Positions 1-10,955 of a DNA stretch of 64,000 nucleotides are shown here, piece after piece; the first letter of the stretch is position 1; each line of letters starts with the position of its first letter. The translations under genes were made by a program, and so were the position numbers. The notes under the pieces were generated by a model. The model did not search any database. It saw only the letters and a list, made by a program, of their open reading frames with translations, and was not told where the DNA came from. The DNA lies in IMG/VR virus record IMGVR_UViG_3300047409_000726, positions 1 to 64,000 of that record, one strand, 5' to 3'. This stretch comes from a virus.

Positions 1-56
1 CCTGGACGCAGCCACCGACGTGGTCAGTTTCTTCTATTCGGTAATCGTGTAAAAAA

Positions 57-3000
57 GTGGCTTCTATCCAGCCGAAGCAAATCCGCGCATCCCGACTGAA
101 ACAAGTCGGGGTGGCGGCCGGCATGATCCAGCCGAAACAGATTGAAGCGATTCTGCCGCTTCTGTCGATGCTCGATCAGACGCAATCGACAGGATCGGTC
201 GTGGCCTACGACTGTTTGCTCCTGACGGCGACGACGGACGACTCCGACGGCCGAGTGACAACCGGCGTCGATCTCTACGACGGCGTGACCCTCGTCAGCG
301 CAATGACCGAGGCGCCCGCCGGGACGTGGAACTACACCGTCGACAACGTCACGGCGGGTGCGCACAGCTACGTCGCTCGGAAAGTCTGGTCCGGGGGCAC
401 GGTCGACAGTCTTCCGGTCGCCCCGACAGCGCTCGCGGCTCTCGATCCATCGCAAATCACCACGGCCACTCTCGTCGCTTGGTACACGCCCAATTCGTTC
501 CAAATGAACCCGACGCTCTTCGGGACGAGAACGGTTACGGTCTCGGCGACAAGCGGTCTGAACGGAAGGACCGAGGGGCTACAGTTAGTCGTTCAAGCGA
601 CCGGCGTTCCTGGTACCGGAACCTTCAAGAGCAGCATCGACAACGGCGTAACCTTTCAAGAAGGTTCTCCTCAAACCATTCCGACGGGCGCCGGGACCTA
701 CGCCGTCCCGGGAACTGATTTCACGCTCACGTTCCAGCAAGCCGTTTCTTACACAGCGGCCGATGTCTACCGGTCCACGGCATCAAAATGGCTCGACACG
801 GTCGGCGCCTACCCGAACTCTACGAATAACCTCATCAACGACGCCTCGAGCGGCGGCGCCCAATCAAGACCGCGTTTCATTGCTCCGCCAACAGCAACCA
901 TCGGATCTACGGTCCTGCGCTTCGATGCGAACCTCGGCGCGCAAGCGTTCATGTGGTGCTCGGCCGGCTCGATCGCGACACTCGCGAGCGGCACCGACAA
1001 GAAGTTTTTCGTCGGCCTCGTTACAGACGTCCAACAGGCACAGATCCCCGCCATCGTTGCGCGACGTGACTTTTACGTATTCTCGAATCTCACCGACGTC
1101 GACCAACCTCGAATTTCCCTCGGCGTAAACCTCGCCTCAGGCGATCCAGAAGCGCTCTTCAGAGCAAATCGAGTGAGTGACGCGGGAGTAAACTCCGGAT
1201 TCAGTTCAGGTGCCGCAGCAGCCGCGGGGCTCTATTTCCTGGAAGACTCCTTCGACTCGCAGTTCCGAAGCCTAACCGCGAACGCCGCCGATCTCATCGG
1301 TGGCGACTCGGGTATTACGGCAGACGAAAGCGGCGCCACGATCACGACAACCCGCTTCGTCTTTGGCACAAACCAAGGACAATCGGGCAAGAGCAACGGA
1401 TCGACGATCGACGCCTCCGAGCTTTTCATCTTCGACAAGAAACCGACCTCTGAAGTCGAATGTTGGCAGTTGCGGGCCTACGTACTGGACTCGTACGCAA
1501 ATATCCCTCGTTGGAAGTGCGCGGCGCAGGTCCTTCCGCTCATCAGTTCGTTCGACGGTTGGGTGAAAAATCAGACGGCGACCTACGGGATCGCCACGAA
1601 CATGATCGACGATCCGGGTGCTCCAACGAGCATCCTGACAAGGTACGGCTACAGAGCTCCAAGAAAGAGCGACAACACGGCGTACCCTGGAAATTGGTAC
1701 CAAGGAAATTCCGGCGACTCGGCCGCCGAGCTCGACGTCTTTCGCGACCAGCAGATGATGCTCGGCGAGATCGGCGCCGTTCGAGAGATCCTGTGGTACC
1801 CGAACCGCGCGGACATCTCGGTCGGTGCTATCCCCGCGGTGTCGGACATCTACGATGCGAGCATTGCCAAATTCTTGGCCCTGTCCGAGCCGAACAGAAA
1901 CCTAGCGAAGATCACCCTACTGCTTCAATCGAACTGGGCCGCCTACGACGGAAACAGCCCCGGGACCTGGGGGAACTACACGGCATTCGTGAACTCGTGG
2001 GTCGCCCTGATGCTGCTCCCGCAGTATCAAAAGGTGACGCTCGGTGGGATCTCCAATCGTCCGGTGGTGGGCCTCTACTACACAGGAACGTCAACCGACT
2101 GGAACCTGAATCTCGCTCGCGTGACGACGCTGACCAACGCGATCACAGCCGCAGGTCTCGGGACGCCGGTCTACAAATTCTCGGGAACCGTGGACGCGCT
2201 GAGCGTCAGAGTCGCAGCGTCGAACACGATCGGTTGCCAATACTTTTCGGCCTACCTGCCGGGTCTAAGCCCGGGACACGTCGCGTACACGAACCTCATG
2301 AACGCCTGCTACACGGTCGACTTCCCAGCGAGCTTGAATGCCGCCAGGGCGTTTTCGTTAGCACACGACGTCGACAACCGTCCTAGAAACTCCTCTAACC
2401 CTTGGGCAGATTTTCCGACCTACACCGAACTCGAGCAATTCGAGCGCAACCGTTCGGCGCTCGCGAGATCGGCGACCAGGGCGAGTCCGAACGCCATGAC
2501 GAGCACGTACTCGGCCAATGAGGTCGACGAGGGCATGGTCTTTTTTCCGAGCGAGCAGACGATCGTTGCAGGCGTGAACACCCCGTCTCGTGGCATTTTC
2601 TTGGACGCGAAATCGAACGTTCGAAATGCCGTCCGAAACGGCGGGTTTCCGTCGACCTACACCGACACCTACATGGCGTGGAGCTTCAACGCTGCCGTCG
2701 GCGCGTCGCTTCCGGCCGGCTGGGCTCTGGTGCAGGATCTTTCAGGACCGTCAGGCGGCCTGACTGGCTCCGAACAGTACGCGGTTATCCGAAACACAAC
2801 GACGACGAATGCTCGGACCTGGACCGTCACGACGGTGGGATATCAAGTCTACGGAACCCTCGGTCCCGGTCTCGGCCACATCGGAGTGACGCTCGACGGA
2901 GGCGTGCAGATCGACATCAATCAAGACGACGGCGGCGGAACGACCCGGTACAACCAGCTCCTCTACGACTCAGGCGCACTTTCGAACGCCTCTCACACAC

Positions 3001-3065
3001 TCGCTGTCGCCCGGATCTCGGGGCAAGCCGAGTATGCAAAAGTGCGCGCGGAGAAAAACCGATGA
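57..3065 (+). CDS. Large virion spike/fibre protein: Ig-like + LamG-like + GH99/WbsX-like glycoside hydrolase + C-terminal carbohydrate-binding module
   Basis: 1002 aa. Ig-like VDLYDG..GTWNYT..GAHSY; LamG-like ELFIFDK..LRAY; GH99-like YQKV..RPVVGLY and ANEVDEG; C-terminal [21 protein letters not shown]. Confidence 0.6.
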   Translation: MASIQPKQIRASRLKQVGVAAGMIQPKQIEAILPLLSMLDQTQSTGSVVAYDCLLLTATTDDSDGRVTTGVDLYDGVTLVSAMTEAPAGTWNYTVDNVTAGAHSYVARKVWSGGTVDSLPVAPTALAALDPSQITTATLVAWYTPNSFQMNPTLFGTRTVTVSATSGLNGRTEGLQLVVQATGVPGTGTFKSSIDNGVTFQEGSPQTIPTGAGTYAVPGTDFTLTFQQAVSYTAADVYRSTASKWLDTVGAYPNSTNNLINDASSGGAQSRPRFIAPPTATIGSTVLRFDANLGAQAFMWCSAGSIATLASGTDKKFFVGLVTDVQQAQIPAIVARRDFYVFSNLTDVDQPRISLGVNLASGDPEALFRANRVSDAGVNSGFSSGAAAAAGLYFLEDSFDSQFRSLTANAADLIGGDSGITADESGATITTTRFVFGTNQGQSGKSNGSTIDASELFIFDKKPTSEVECWQLRAYVLDSYANIPRWKCAAQVLPLISSFDGWVKNQTATYGIATNMIDDPGAPTSILTRYGYRAPRKSDNTAYPGNWYQGNSGDSAAELDVFRDQQMMLGEIGAVREILWYPNRADISVGAIPAVSDIYDASIAKFLALSEPNRNLAKITLLLQSNWAAYDGNSPGTWGNYTAFVNSWVALMLLPQYQKVTLGGISNRPVVGLYYTGTSTDWNLNLARVTTLTNAITAAGLGTPVYKFSGTVDALSVRVAASNTIGCQYFSAYLPGLSPGHVAYTNLMNACYTVDFPASLNAARAFSLAHDVDNRPRNSSNPWADFPTYTELEQFERNRSALARSATRASPNAMTSTYSANEVDEGMVFFPSEQTIVAGVNTPSRGIFLDAKSNVRNAVRNGGFPSTYTDTYMAWSFNAAVGASLPAGWALVQDLSGPSGGLTGSEQYAVIRNTTTTNARTWTVTTVGYQVYGTLGPGLGHIGVTLDGGVQIDINQDDGGGTTRYNQLLYDSGALSNASHTLAVARISGQAEYAKVRAEKNR

Positions 3066-3799
3066 TCGGGCCAGTCTGCAAAGGCGCCACCGGCCCCACG
3101 GGTCCGAGCGGCGGCCCGACAGGATCTACGGGGCCGACAGGATCGACGGGACCGACTGGTGTCACCGGACAGACAGGATCCAACGGTTCAACAGGGCCAA
3201 CCGGACCAACCGGACTCGCAGGAACACCTGGCGCAACAGGAGCAACAGGACCTACAGGACCTAGCGGTCCAACAGGCTCCGCCGGAACCGCGAGCACCGG
3301 AGCGACAGGCCCTACAGGACCGCAGTTCACGGGCGGCACCGTTCAAGCCACGAAGATCGCAACGAACACGTTCCTAACGAACACTCATGCAACCATCTGG
3401 GAGAACGTTACCGGCAGTGACTTCGCATACTCGGGCACCGGAGACTTCGCGCTCACGGCAGCCGGTTGCGTTCTCACTTACAACGGCGTGAGCGGTCGCA
3501 GCTTCTTGGTTATTTTGGGATGCGGCGTGGAGGGGCCAGGACTTACCCCCGCAGGAGTTTTTGGGATCGGCGTTTCCCTAAACGAAGATCTAGCCGGCAC
3601 GTCAGGAACTACAGACGCATCTGTCGCCGTAGGTGGAATGTTGGACGAGATGGCGATCGTGAACGGGAACGGATCAGCCACATCGCAGCGCAGAGTCACA
3701 TTGAATAACGGAGACACGTTGCGCCCTGTTTGCTTTCAAAATGACGGAAACAGAGATCTGCTCGTCGACGTGCTGTCTTTTTCCGTGATCCCGCAGTGA
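3062..3799 (+). CDS. Collagen-like fibre protein
   Basis: ATG at 3062 overlaps the upstream stop (ATGA); long Gly-X-Thr repeat ([10 protein letters not shown]...) followed by a globular C-terminal domain. Confidence 0.8.
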   Translation: MIGPVCKGATGPTGPSGGPTGSTGPTGSTGPTGVTGQTGSNGSTGPTGPTGLAGTPGATGATGPTGPSGPTGSAGTASTGATGPTGPQFTGGTVQATKIATNTFLTNTHATIWENVTGSDFAYSGTGDFALTAAGCVLTYNGVSGRSFLVILGCGVEGPGLTPAGVFGIGVSLNEDLAGTSGTTDASVAVGGMLDEMAIVNGNGSATSQRRVTLNNGDTLRPVCFQNDGNRDLLVDVLSFSVIPQ

Positions 3800-3805
3800 A
3801 GAACC

Positions 3806-5875
3806 TCACGGCATCCACTGGATCTTCGACGTGTCGATCTCGCACCAGTGGCTCTCTCGCTCCTCAGCTCCGTAGGTCACGATGAGGTTCTTGCCGTATA
3901 AAACGGCGCCGGCTGCGTACTCGACGCCGTGATGGTGGAACGTGAACGCGCGTGACACCCTCGTCGGGAGCATCGTCTCGCCGTCGAGCTCGATGAACCG
4001 GTGCAGGTAGACGTTGTCGTTGTCCCGGTGAGCGACTTCATGGATCGACATGATCCAGGTTCCGTCCGGCATCAGGACAGGAGCCGTACCGCCCCTGTAA
4101 CGCGCCATCCTGAACGGCATCGTCTCTTTGATCTTTACCTTGCACCGCCCCGTCTCACCGTCCGTCACGATCACCGTGAAAGGTTCGTAACCGTAGATGA
4201 GATAGAGCTCCCCTTTCAAAGACCACGGAAGCCAATTCTTCTCGTACTCTTGCGTGCCTTCGTATTCGATCTCTTCGGCAAACTCGCCCGAAAGATCGTC
4301 ATGCAATCTCCCGATGACGACTCGGGACTTGTCGTCGCCGCTCGGGGTTTGACACGTCGTCGCCGTGAACCAGACTTTACCCGCGTGCACGTGCCAACGC
4401 TGATCTTCTAGACCCCAGATGCGCCCCTTGGGCCAACCCGCCGGGCAGCGTGCGGTCGAAAGGCGCCACGGGCCTTCAAGACCTCCTTCCGGCGTCCATG
4501 GCGCCCACACGTTCTCGGTCCGAATAATTTGGTCCTTGTGCCGAGCAACGAACCAGCGGCCACGTTCGTGGTTGTAATTGACGAGCCGAACGTTCACGAA
4601 GAGCTCGCCCTCGAATCGAACGATGGTCGGCGAAGACGTGAGGTACTCGGCAAGCTCACTCGTTGCGACGCCTGGCACATCCCCGTTCGTGTCGAACGTT
4701 CGCATCGAAACCGGCACGTCGAACCGGCCGCGCCGCACGACGGCGTCGTACTCTTGCGGCAAGTAATGGAGAAGGTTCCGAACAGAGTTCTCGTAACTCG
4801 CCCAAGCTAGCCCGGGAGTTCGAAGCACTGTTTCGCACGCCTCGTGCCCTTCGTCTTTTCGTCCGAGGTAGTAGGCCGTGACGCTGACCTCTTCAAGAGC
4901 TTGAGCCCGAACGTTCTGATCGACGAAGAGATCCTCACCCGTTGTCTCGCCAAATGGCTCGAGAGCCGTTTTCGCAAAACCGTACGCGGCGCGGTTTTTA
5001 CCTATCCCTCGCAAGTGCTTGGCGACCTCAACGAGCGGCTCCCCCCGTCGCCCGCTTTTCTCGGCAGCGTCGATGAGGCGCATGAGTCCCTCTTCGGTCT
5101 TGCCGACCCCCATGAGAGTTTTACCGAGCATGAGCTCTGCGTACCATCGCTCGCCTTCCCAGCCGCCTGCGGCCTGGCGCATGTCGAAGTACTTGACGGC
5201 CATGTAGTAGTAGGTTTGCGCGAGGTAGTACATCGCCCGAACGTTCTTCGGATCCTCCTCGAGCCGTCGGCGAAGCAGGCGCGCGTCGCGATCGTACTTG
5301 TCGCCCTTCGAGCCGCCGTCGTCACGATCATCGATCCAGAGCGAAAAGAGCTCGGACGCGGGCGCACGATCCGGGTTCGGAGCCCAGTACTCGTGTGTCG
5401 GCTCGCACGAGACCCAGTCAAAATCCATGCGACCAAGCCTCGTGTTCGGGTAGGCGAGCGAGTCCTGCTTTTGGATGAGCCGGTAGTGTGGGTCCCGGAG
5501 CATCGATTTTTCGAACGCCTTCTCGGCGACGAGCACCATGTCGGCGTCGAGGAAAAGCAAATAGGTCTTTTCGAGCTCCCACTTCTTCTCGTTCACCCAA
5601 AGCTTCGCCGCCTTCGACGCCCACGTGCGAGCCGTACCGAAATCGAACTCTCCGTAGGGCCAGCGAAAGGTGTTGCGCGTCATTCCGCCTTCTATCCAGC
5701 AAGGCGTTTCGCGTACCTTGGCCGCTTCGGCGATGATCTTCACCGTGCCGTCTGTCCCCCCAGTGTCGGAAACAACGACGGCGTCGACGAAGGGCAGCGC
5801 CGACTCGAGGCAACGCCCTATAACCTTCCCTTCGTTCTTCACGATCATGTTCAAGACGATCTTCGGCACAGTCAT
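3806..5875 (-). CDS. GT2 glycosyltransferase with TPR repeats and C-terminal beta-propeller-like domain
   Basis: LNMIVKNE, DTG, FLDAD, HE motifs; TPR RAMYYLAQTY; C-terminal GLED and EKNW motifs. Confidence 0.85.
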   Translation of the reverse strand: MTVPKIVLNMIVKNEGKVIGRCLESALPFVDAVVVSDTGGTDGTVKIIAEAAKVRETPCWIEGGMTRNTFRWPYGEFDFGTARTWASKAAKLWVNEKKWELEKTYLLFLDADMVLVAEKAFEKSMLRDPHYRLIQKQDSLAYPNTRLGRMDFDWVSCEPTHEYWAPNPDRAPASELFSLWIDDRDDGGSKGDKYDRDARLLRRRLEEDPKNVRAMYYLAQTYYYMAVKYFDMRQAAGGWEGERWYAELMLGKTLMGVGKTEEGLMRLIDAAEKSGRRGEPLVEVAKHLRGIGKNRAAYGFAKTALEPFGETTGEDLFVDQNVRAQALEEVSVTAYYLGRKDEGHEACETVLRTPGLAWASYENSVRNLLHYLPQEYDAVVRRGRFDVPVSMRTFDTNGDVPGVATSELAEYLTSSPTIVRFEGELFVNVRLVNYNHERGRWFVARHKDQIIRTENVWAPWTPEGGLEGPWRLSTARCPAGWPKGRIWGLEDQRWHVHAGKVWFTATTCQTPSGDDKSRVVIGRLHDDLSGEFAEEIEYEGTQEYEKNWLPWSLKGELYLIYGYEPFTVIVTDGETGRCKVKIKETMPFRMARYRGGTAPVLMPDGTWIMSIHEVAHRDNDNVYLHRFIELDGETMLPTRVSRAFTFHHHGVEYAAGAVLYGKNLIVTYGAEERESHWCEIDTSKIQWMP

Positions 5876-6405
5876 TTCTTCATTCCCCAGAAGTAGAGAT
5901 CTTCATGTGTTTCTTCGAACCCGTGCGCCGCGAAAATCTCGCTCACGTTCAGCGCCGCGTACACGTCTGCGGCGAACAGGTTCCGATAGTAGCTCTCCCA
6001 ACCCGGGATGGCGCACGTCAGTGGCGACGAGTAAGTATCGGTTCGCACAGTCCCGTGCTCTTTCCTGTCTCCGCTTGCACACGTGAAAAGCAAAAGCCCA
6101 CCGCTCTTCAAGAGTCGAGCTGCCGCTTTCAAAGTTTCGGGCCAGTACTGATCGTGCTCGAGGCATTCGGTCGAGATGATCGTGTCGAAGCTCATCTCGC
6201 ACTCCGTCCATTTATGGAGAGGCGAGACAACGTCGACGTTCGGTCCCTCGCCTACGTCGATACCGACGTACACGCATCCCTCGAACAGGTAGCGATTGTT
6301 CCCGTTCACGTCGAGACTGCCAACATCGAGCACGCGCACGCCCTGAAACTTTTCCGGAAACTGCTCTTTCACCCGAAGACAAAAAGCTTTTTGTGCGTCA
6401 TGCAT
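5872..6405 (-). CDS. Class I SAM-dependent methyltransferase
   Basis: VLDVGS, FDTIISTECLEHD, LKSGGLL. Confidence 0.85.
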   Translation of the reverse strand: MHDAQKAFCLRVKEQFPEKFQGVRVLDVGSLDVNGNNRYLFEGCVYVGIDVGEGPNVDVVSPLHKWTECEMSFDTIISTECLEHDQYWPETLKAAARLLKSGGLLLFTCASGDRKEHGTVRTDTYSSPLTCAIPGWESYYRNLFAADVYAALNVSEIFAAHGFEETHEDLYFWGMKK

Positions 6406-7045
6406 CGACTGGGATCTCTTTCCCGTTGTAAGGAACGTCGAACAACTCGAGCCCGGGAGCTCCGCCCCACTTCTCGACGTACCGCTGCAAGTTGGTTGCG
6501 TACCAATCGAAGTGGCCTTCCATGTTCATGGCTCGACTCGTAGCCCAACCCTCGTGATGAATGGAAACCGGCAACTCTCTCCATTCGATACCAGCGAGCT
6601 TCATCCGTCGCTCGTAGTCTCGATCCTCGTAGTAAGCAGGAAAGAAACGTTCGTCGAAGTTCCCCACTTTGATCAAACACTCCGGGCGTAGCCCAAAGAG
6701 CGCGAAACCGAGACCGGAAACGAACACCTCTCCGCGCTCGAGTTCGCTAGAGAGCGCCTCGAAAGCGTTCGAGCCGAGCACGACGTCGTCGTTCGAAATG
6801 ACGACAGGCTCGTCTTTGCCGTGAGCGTATCTCAAAATCCGATTCCAGCTCGCGGCGACGCCGACGTTTCGACTAGGACGTTGGATCGCGATCCTTCTCG
6901 CAAGCGGGCCGTCACGCGGCGGCACGTACTGATTGCCGTTGTCGACGATGAAATATTCGCTCGGACGCACGCTGCCGCGCTCGGCAGAAACGATCAACTT
7001 CTCGAGCAGGTCGTACCTGTTGAGCACCGGAACACCGAGAATCAC
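6398..7045 (-). CDS. GT2 glycosyltransferase
   Basis: IVDNG, NVGVAASWN, SNDD, FDERFFPAYYEDRDY; GTG start at 7045 overlaps the upstream stop. Confidence 0.85.
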   Translation of the reverse strand: MILGVPVLNRYDLLEKLIVSAERGSVRPSEYFIVDNGNQYVPPRDGPLARRIAIQRPSRNVGVAASWNRILRYAHGKDEPVVISNDDVVLGSNAFEALSSELERGEVFVSGLGFALFGLRPECLIKVGNFDERFFPAYYEDRDYERRMKLAGIEWRELPVSIHHEGWATSRAMNMEGHFDWYATNLQRYVEKWGGAPGLELFDVPYNGKEIPVDA

Positions 7046-7224
7046 GACACCGACCTCTCGGATTTGATCCAATAGCGAATCGCTTCAGCGACGCCTTCAG
7101 CGAGAGATGTCCGTCGTTCGGCGCACCGCACGCGAAGCGCAGTCGCCAGATCCGCGGGCACGCGAACGTGAATGCGTTCCAACCCCTCGTCTGCCGAAAG
7201 CTTCTTTCTACGACGCGACGCCAT
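7042..7224 (-). CDS. Ribbon-helix-helix regulator
   Basis: 60 aa; RIHVRVPADLATALRVRCAE..SLAEGVAEAI. Confidence 0.65.
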   Translation of the reverse strand: MASRRRKKLSADEGLERIHVRVPADLATALRVRCAERRTSLAEGVAEAIRYWIKSERSVS

Positions 7225-7239
7225 CGTGCCGCAGGCACT

Positions 7240-7548
7240 ATGACACAAAGGCGCCAAACCGAGCAAGAGCTCACGAAACGGTGTATACTCGGACACGTGA
7301 ACCCGCACTGGTTTATATGGTGGGCGGTGCGCCCTGGCACACGCGACGGCGGTCAATGGGTGCCGATGCAGTGGCTCACCGACGAACAACTTTGGCAGTA
7401 CGAAAACGACGTGCAGCGCGGCACGCCGGGCATCACGAAGCTCTACCGGTGGATGTGGAACGGGTTCGAGTGGCAGTACGACGAGCGCAGCGCGATCGCG
7501 CTCTACGTCCATGCCGGCGAGCAAAAATACGCGGCATTCTGGCCTTAG
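7240..7548 (+). CDS. Hypothetical Trp-rich protein
   Basis: Clean ORF divergent from the RHH gene. Confidence 0.45.
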   Translation: MTQRRQTEQELTKRCILGHVNPHWFIWWAVRPGTRDGGQWVPMQWLTDEQLWQYENDVQRGTPGITKLYRWMWNGFEWQYDERSAIALYVHAGEQKYAAFWP

Positions 7549-7597
7549 AAACGCCGTCATCGACCTACAGATCAGAGTCAAGTAGAATCGTAAGACC

Positions 7598-8179
7598 GTG
7601 GGCTTTCCGTGGAAAATCGTCGCCGCTGGCGGGCTCGCCCTCGGCGCTCTTGGCATGGCGGCGATCGGGGTCAAGACGCTCGAAGAGAAGCGTCGGCCTA
7701 CCCCAAAACGAGTGGCCCTCATCGGCGACTCCTACGCGGTGGGGCTAGGGCCTGAGCTCGCGAAACTTTTCCCCGACTTCAAGTACGAAGGGCACGTTGG
7801 CACAACCACCTGGCAATGGGCTAACCACGATGAAGCGTGCGCGGTGTGTGGCGACTGGCTCACGGCATTCAAGCCCGACGTCGTGCTCATCGCACTCGGC
7901 GTAAACGACGGAACCTCACCCAACAGCGGGCACTACCAGACACTGGTGCGCGGCATTCAAGGGATCGGAGCGCGCGCCGTGTGGATCGAACCGCCGGCAG
8001 CCGTCAACGCGCCCGCCGCACGCAAAGCCATCGCTGCGCTCGGAATACCGACAGTGCCGGCGACCAACACACCACTCGCTTCCGACGGACTCCACCCGAC
8101 TTCGTACGCGCCGTGGGCGCACGAAATATTACAAACGCTAGGCCGCAATGATCTTTTGCCGCTGCAAAGAACCGTGTGA
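7598..8179 (+). CDS. SGNH/GDSL hydrolase with N-terminal membrane anchor
   Basis: IGDS, LGVND and DGLHP catalytic blocks; hydrophobic N-terminus. Confidence 0.85.
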   Translation: MGFPWKIVAAGGLALGALGMAAIGVKTLEEKRRPTPKRVALIGDSYAVGLGPELAKLFPDFKYEGHVGTTTWQWANHDEACAVCGDWLTAFKPDVVLIALGVNDGTSPNSGHYQTLVRGIQGIGARAVWIEPPAAVNAPAARKAIAALGIPTVPATNTPLASDGLHPTSYAPWAHEILQTLGRNDLLPLQRTV

Positions 8180-8739
8180 TCTACTCACTGAAAGACCTTC
8201 AAGATCTGGCCGCTGCAACTGGATTTCCAGATCCAGTGCTCGCAGCAGCGGTAGCGATGGCTGAGAGCGGAGGCAACCCGTGCGCACAAGGTGATCCGAA
8301 CATCGGCGTGCACCCGTGCAACAGGCTCAACGGCACTAGCACGAGCTTCGGTCTTTGGCAGATCAACACGACATGGAACCCGCAGTACGACCCGCTGAGC
8401 TTGCTTAATCCGCAGTACAACGCACGCGCGGCGCTGGCGGTTTCTAACGGCGGCGTCACATGGAAACCGTGGTCTACGTTCAAGAACGAATCTTATCTGA
8501 AGTGGTACTCGCACGTCGTCTATCCGCCCCACGGGGGGCCTCCGATCATCCCGCAACCGGTGACACCACCGATTCCAAGAGAAAAGAACGGAAGGGTGGT
8601 GGCCGCAACGATCGGCGCCGCCGCAATCGTCGCCGCGGCGGGTTACGGCGCCTACAGGTGGCTCTCCGGGCGCCCCGAGCCGCGACCGCTTCCGCCACCG
8701 GAGCCGACCTACCCCATGTTCAGGAGGTACGAGCCGTGA
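8176..8739 (+). CDS. Lytic transglycosylase (SLT-like) with C-terminal TM helix
   Basis: AVAMAESGGN, GLWQIN, NARAA, PWSTF; Pro linker then TM segment. Confidence 0.85.
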   Translation: MIYSLKDLQDLAAATGFPDPVLAAAVAMAESGGNPCAQGDPNIGVHPCNRLNGTSTSFGLWQINTTWNPQYDPLSLLNPQYNARAALAVSNGGVTWKPWSTFKNESYLKWYSHVVYPPHGGPPIIPQPVTPPIPREKNGRVVAATIGAAAIVAAAGYGAYRWLSGRPEPRPLPPPEPTYPMFRRYEP

Positions 8740-9158
8740 ACACGTTGCTCGTCGTCTCACTTGGAGCTTTGGCGGCGTCCTCAGGCATCTTTCTATTGAG
8801 TCGTAGGGCGGAAGCTCGAGATCTCTTGCCTGCGCCGGTACCGCCAGTGCCTCCGTCGCCCACCTACGGCGAAAGCACCGTCGTACAGCTCTCAGTTCCA
8901 CCAGGTTGGCGTCGCGTAAGCGGCTCCGAGGTCGCTGCATTACCGGAGCTTTCGGTTCGTGCGAACGTACTTCGATCGACGCCTGGCTTCACTTCGATGC
9001 AATACGGAACGCTCGCTCCGTTCAACGCCAGTGACGGCAAAACTTACGCGACGTGGATCGAACAGCACTATCACCCACCGGGCGGCGAGACACGACCGTG
9101 GGGTTACCATCACGGCGTCACGATTCTCGCAAATTCGTTACTAGCCGAATGGTTTTGA
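8736..9158 (+). CDS. Membrane-anchored hypothetical protein
   Basis: GTG overlaps the upstream stop; N-terminal TM and Pro linker. Confidence 0.55.
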   Translation: MNTLLVVSLGALAASSGIFLLSRRAEARDLLPAPVPPVPPSPTYGESTVVQLSVPPGWRRVSGSEVAALPELSVRANVLRSTPGFTSMQYGTLAPFNASDGKTYATWIEQHYHPPGGETRPWGYHHGVTILANSLLAEWF

Positions 9159-9167
9159 GAGGACACC

Positions 9168-10619
9168 ATGCACGTACAACGCACATCGCAAGTTTCGCTG
9201 GCGCTCGGGTGGGATTTCGGAGCGCTCGCGTTCGGCGATCTCAGCTTCACGGAGCTCGGGGTGGGCGCCGAGCGCCAGTCTCGAGCAGCACAATGCGCTG
9301 GCCTGCCGACAGAGAAACAATGCCGAAGCATCCTGCCGCCGGGACAAGAACTCAGACAAGGTGAGAAGCTCGTGTCTCCGAACGGTAAGTACATGGCGAT
9401 CCTTCAAACCGATTCTAACTTCGTCATCTACAACGGCAGCCAACCACTTCGCGCGTGGGGGCAGAACGGCACGATCCGCGCGTTCATGCAAACCGATGGG
9501 GTGTTTGCTCTCTACGGTCCGGGTGATTCGCTCAAGTGGGATTCGGGAACTCAAGGCAACGGAGGCGCGCGCCTCGTCATGCAAGACGACGCGAATCTGG
9601 TCGTCTACGCACCGAACGGCCGCGACCTCTGGAGCAGCGAGACCAATGGTCCCCGCGTATACGAACCGAGCCGCAGCATCATCGACGTGATCACAGCTCC
9701 GACGCGATCTGCCGCAGAGGCAGCGATCTACGCGGCCACCGGACAGCACGTCACGGTCACATCGGTCAGCGTGAGCCCTGCGCAGATCGCTGCTGCCGTG
9801 CAAGCCGTCATGTCGTTCGTGCCCGTCATCGGCACAGGCATCAACGCGGCGATCGCCGCCGGTACCGCGCTCGCGAACGGCGAGAACATCACCGACGCAA
9901 TCGTAGCGGGTGCGAAGAACGCTCTGCCCGGCGGCCCACTAGCTTCTAAAGGTTTCGATATCGCCTACGGAGCTGTCAAAGCGATTGCGAACGGTCAGCC
10001 TCTCGATGAGATCGCACTCGCCGCGGCGCGAGAAGCGCTCCCAAGCGACGCAGCGAAAAAGGCGTTCGACATCGGCACCGCCATCGCACACGGTCAGAAC
10101 GTGCAGCAGGCGCTCGTTAGCGAGGCTGCGAGTTTTGCCGCCGGGCAACTCGACAAGATCGCGCTCCCGCCGATGCTCACCGAGGTTGCGCGGTCGATAC
10201 CGCCCGAAGCAACGCGCGTCGCGACGGCGATCGTCAATCACCCCGAGCTCGCCAATCTAGCGGCATCCGAAATCGCAAGACGACTAGGAACGAACGAGGT
10301 GACGGTCAACACCGCTTCGAAGGCCGTAACGGCCGCGAAGAACTCGAGCGCAATGGCCGAGCTCGCCAAGCTCACGCCGCAGCAGCAAAAAGATCTCGTC
10401 GCCTACATCGCGCTCGCACGGCTTACCCCCGATCAGCAAAAGCAACTCGCCGAGTATATCAAAGCGAAAACGAAGCCGAAGCCGCTCATGAGCGTTCACG
10501 AGACGACGCCCGCGAGAAAACCGGTCGTAGCGACCGCACCGAAAGCCGCCCCGAAACCAACGGTTACTGCGAGGGCCGGAGTTTATCCGCCGTACCCGAA
10601 GATGGGCGCGCACGTCTAG
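9168..10619 (+). CDS. Bulb-type (B) lectin domain protein with Ala-rich helical region
   Basis: Three QxDxNxVxY-type sites: QTDSNFVIY, QTDGVFALY, QDDANLVVY. Confidence 0.85.
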   Translation: MHVQRTSQVSLALGWDFGALAFGDLSFTELGVGAERQSRAAQCAGLPTEKQCRSILPPGQELRQGEKLVSPNGKYMAILQTDSNFVIYNGSQPLRAWGQNGTIRAFMQTDGVFALYGPGDSLKWDSGTQGNGGARLVMQDDANLVVYAPNGRDLWSSETNGPRVYEPSRSIIDVITAPTRSAAEAAIYAATGQHVTVTSVSVSPAQIAAAVQAVMSFVPVIGTGINAAIAAGTALANGENITDAIVAGAKNALPGGPLASKGFDIAYGAVKAIANGQPLDEIALAAAREALPSDAAKKAFDIGTAIAHGQNVQQALVSEAASFAAGQLDKIALPPMLTEVARSIPPEATRVATAIVNHPELANLAASEIARRLGTNEVTVNTASKAVTAAKNSSAMAELAKLTPQQQKDLVAYIALARLTPDQQKQLAEYIKAKTKPKPLMSVHETTPARKPVVATAPKAAPKPTVTARAGVYPPYPKMGAHV

Positions 10620-10775
10620 GTGTCTCGGCGCTGTTGATCGCTTCCGAGCAAGACGCGCAGTAACCGGGCCTGAGTAGAGGATTCGCCCCCACGTGCGATC
10701 CCACGATCTGTAGCCGGTGACACCGTTTGCAAATCGACCGTTCCTTCGACATCGTCGTTCGGTTATTCTACACGC

Positions 10776-10955
10776 ATGGCTCGGAAGAAGCACGATCTGC
10801 CCGGCTGGTTCCCGTTCGCGATCGCGGCCGCAGCCGCCACGGCACTTTTCGCGGGCGCTCGATCGGGCTGGCGCCTCTCCGGCGATCAACCGAAGACCGA
10901 GCCGCCGCCCCCGCAAGGAGTCAACGACTGGCACGGTGTCGGCGCGTTCAGTTGA
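10776..10955 (+). CDS. Small membrane protein (59 aa, not in the ORF track)
   Basis: MARKKHDLPGWFPFAIAAAAATALFAGAR...HGVGAFS. Confidence 0.5.
   Translation: MARKKHDLPGWFPFAIAAAAATALFAGARSGWRLSGDQPKTEPPPPQGVNDWHGVGAFS

Noticed and set aside
3083-3325. Nucleotide periodicity in the collagen region (similar low-complexity repeats at 54650-54870 and 61870-62460)
   Set aside because: Explained by Gly-X-Y, GTGG and Pro/Gln protein repeats (period a multiple of 3).
4844-5896. Long antisense ORFs (for example 4844-5896, 17520-18605, 29014-29910)
   Set aside because: Shadow frames of well-supported genes in high-GC DNA.
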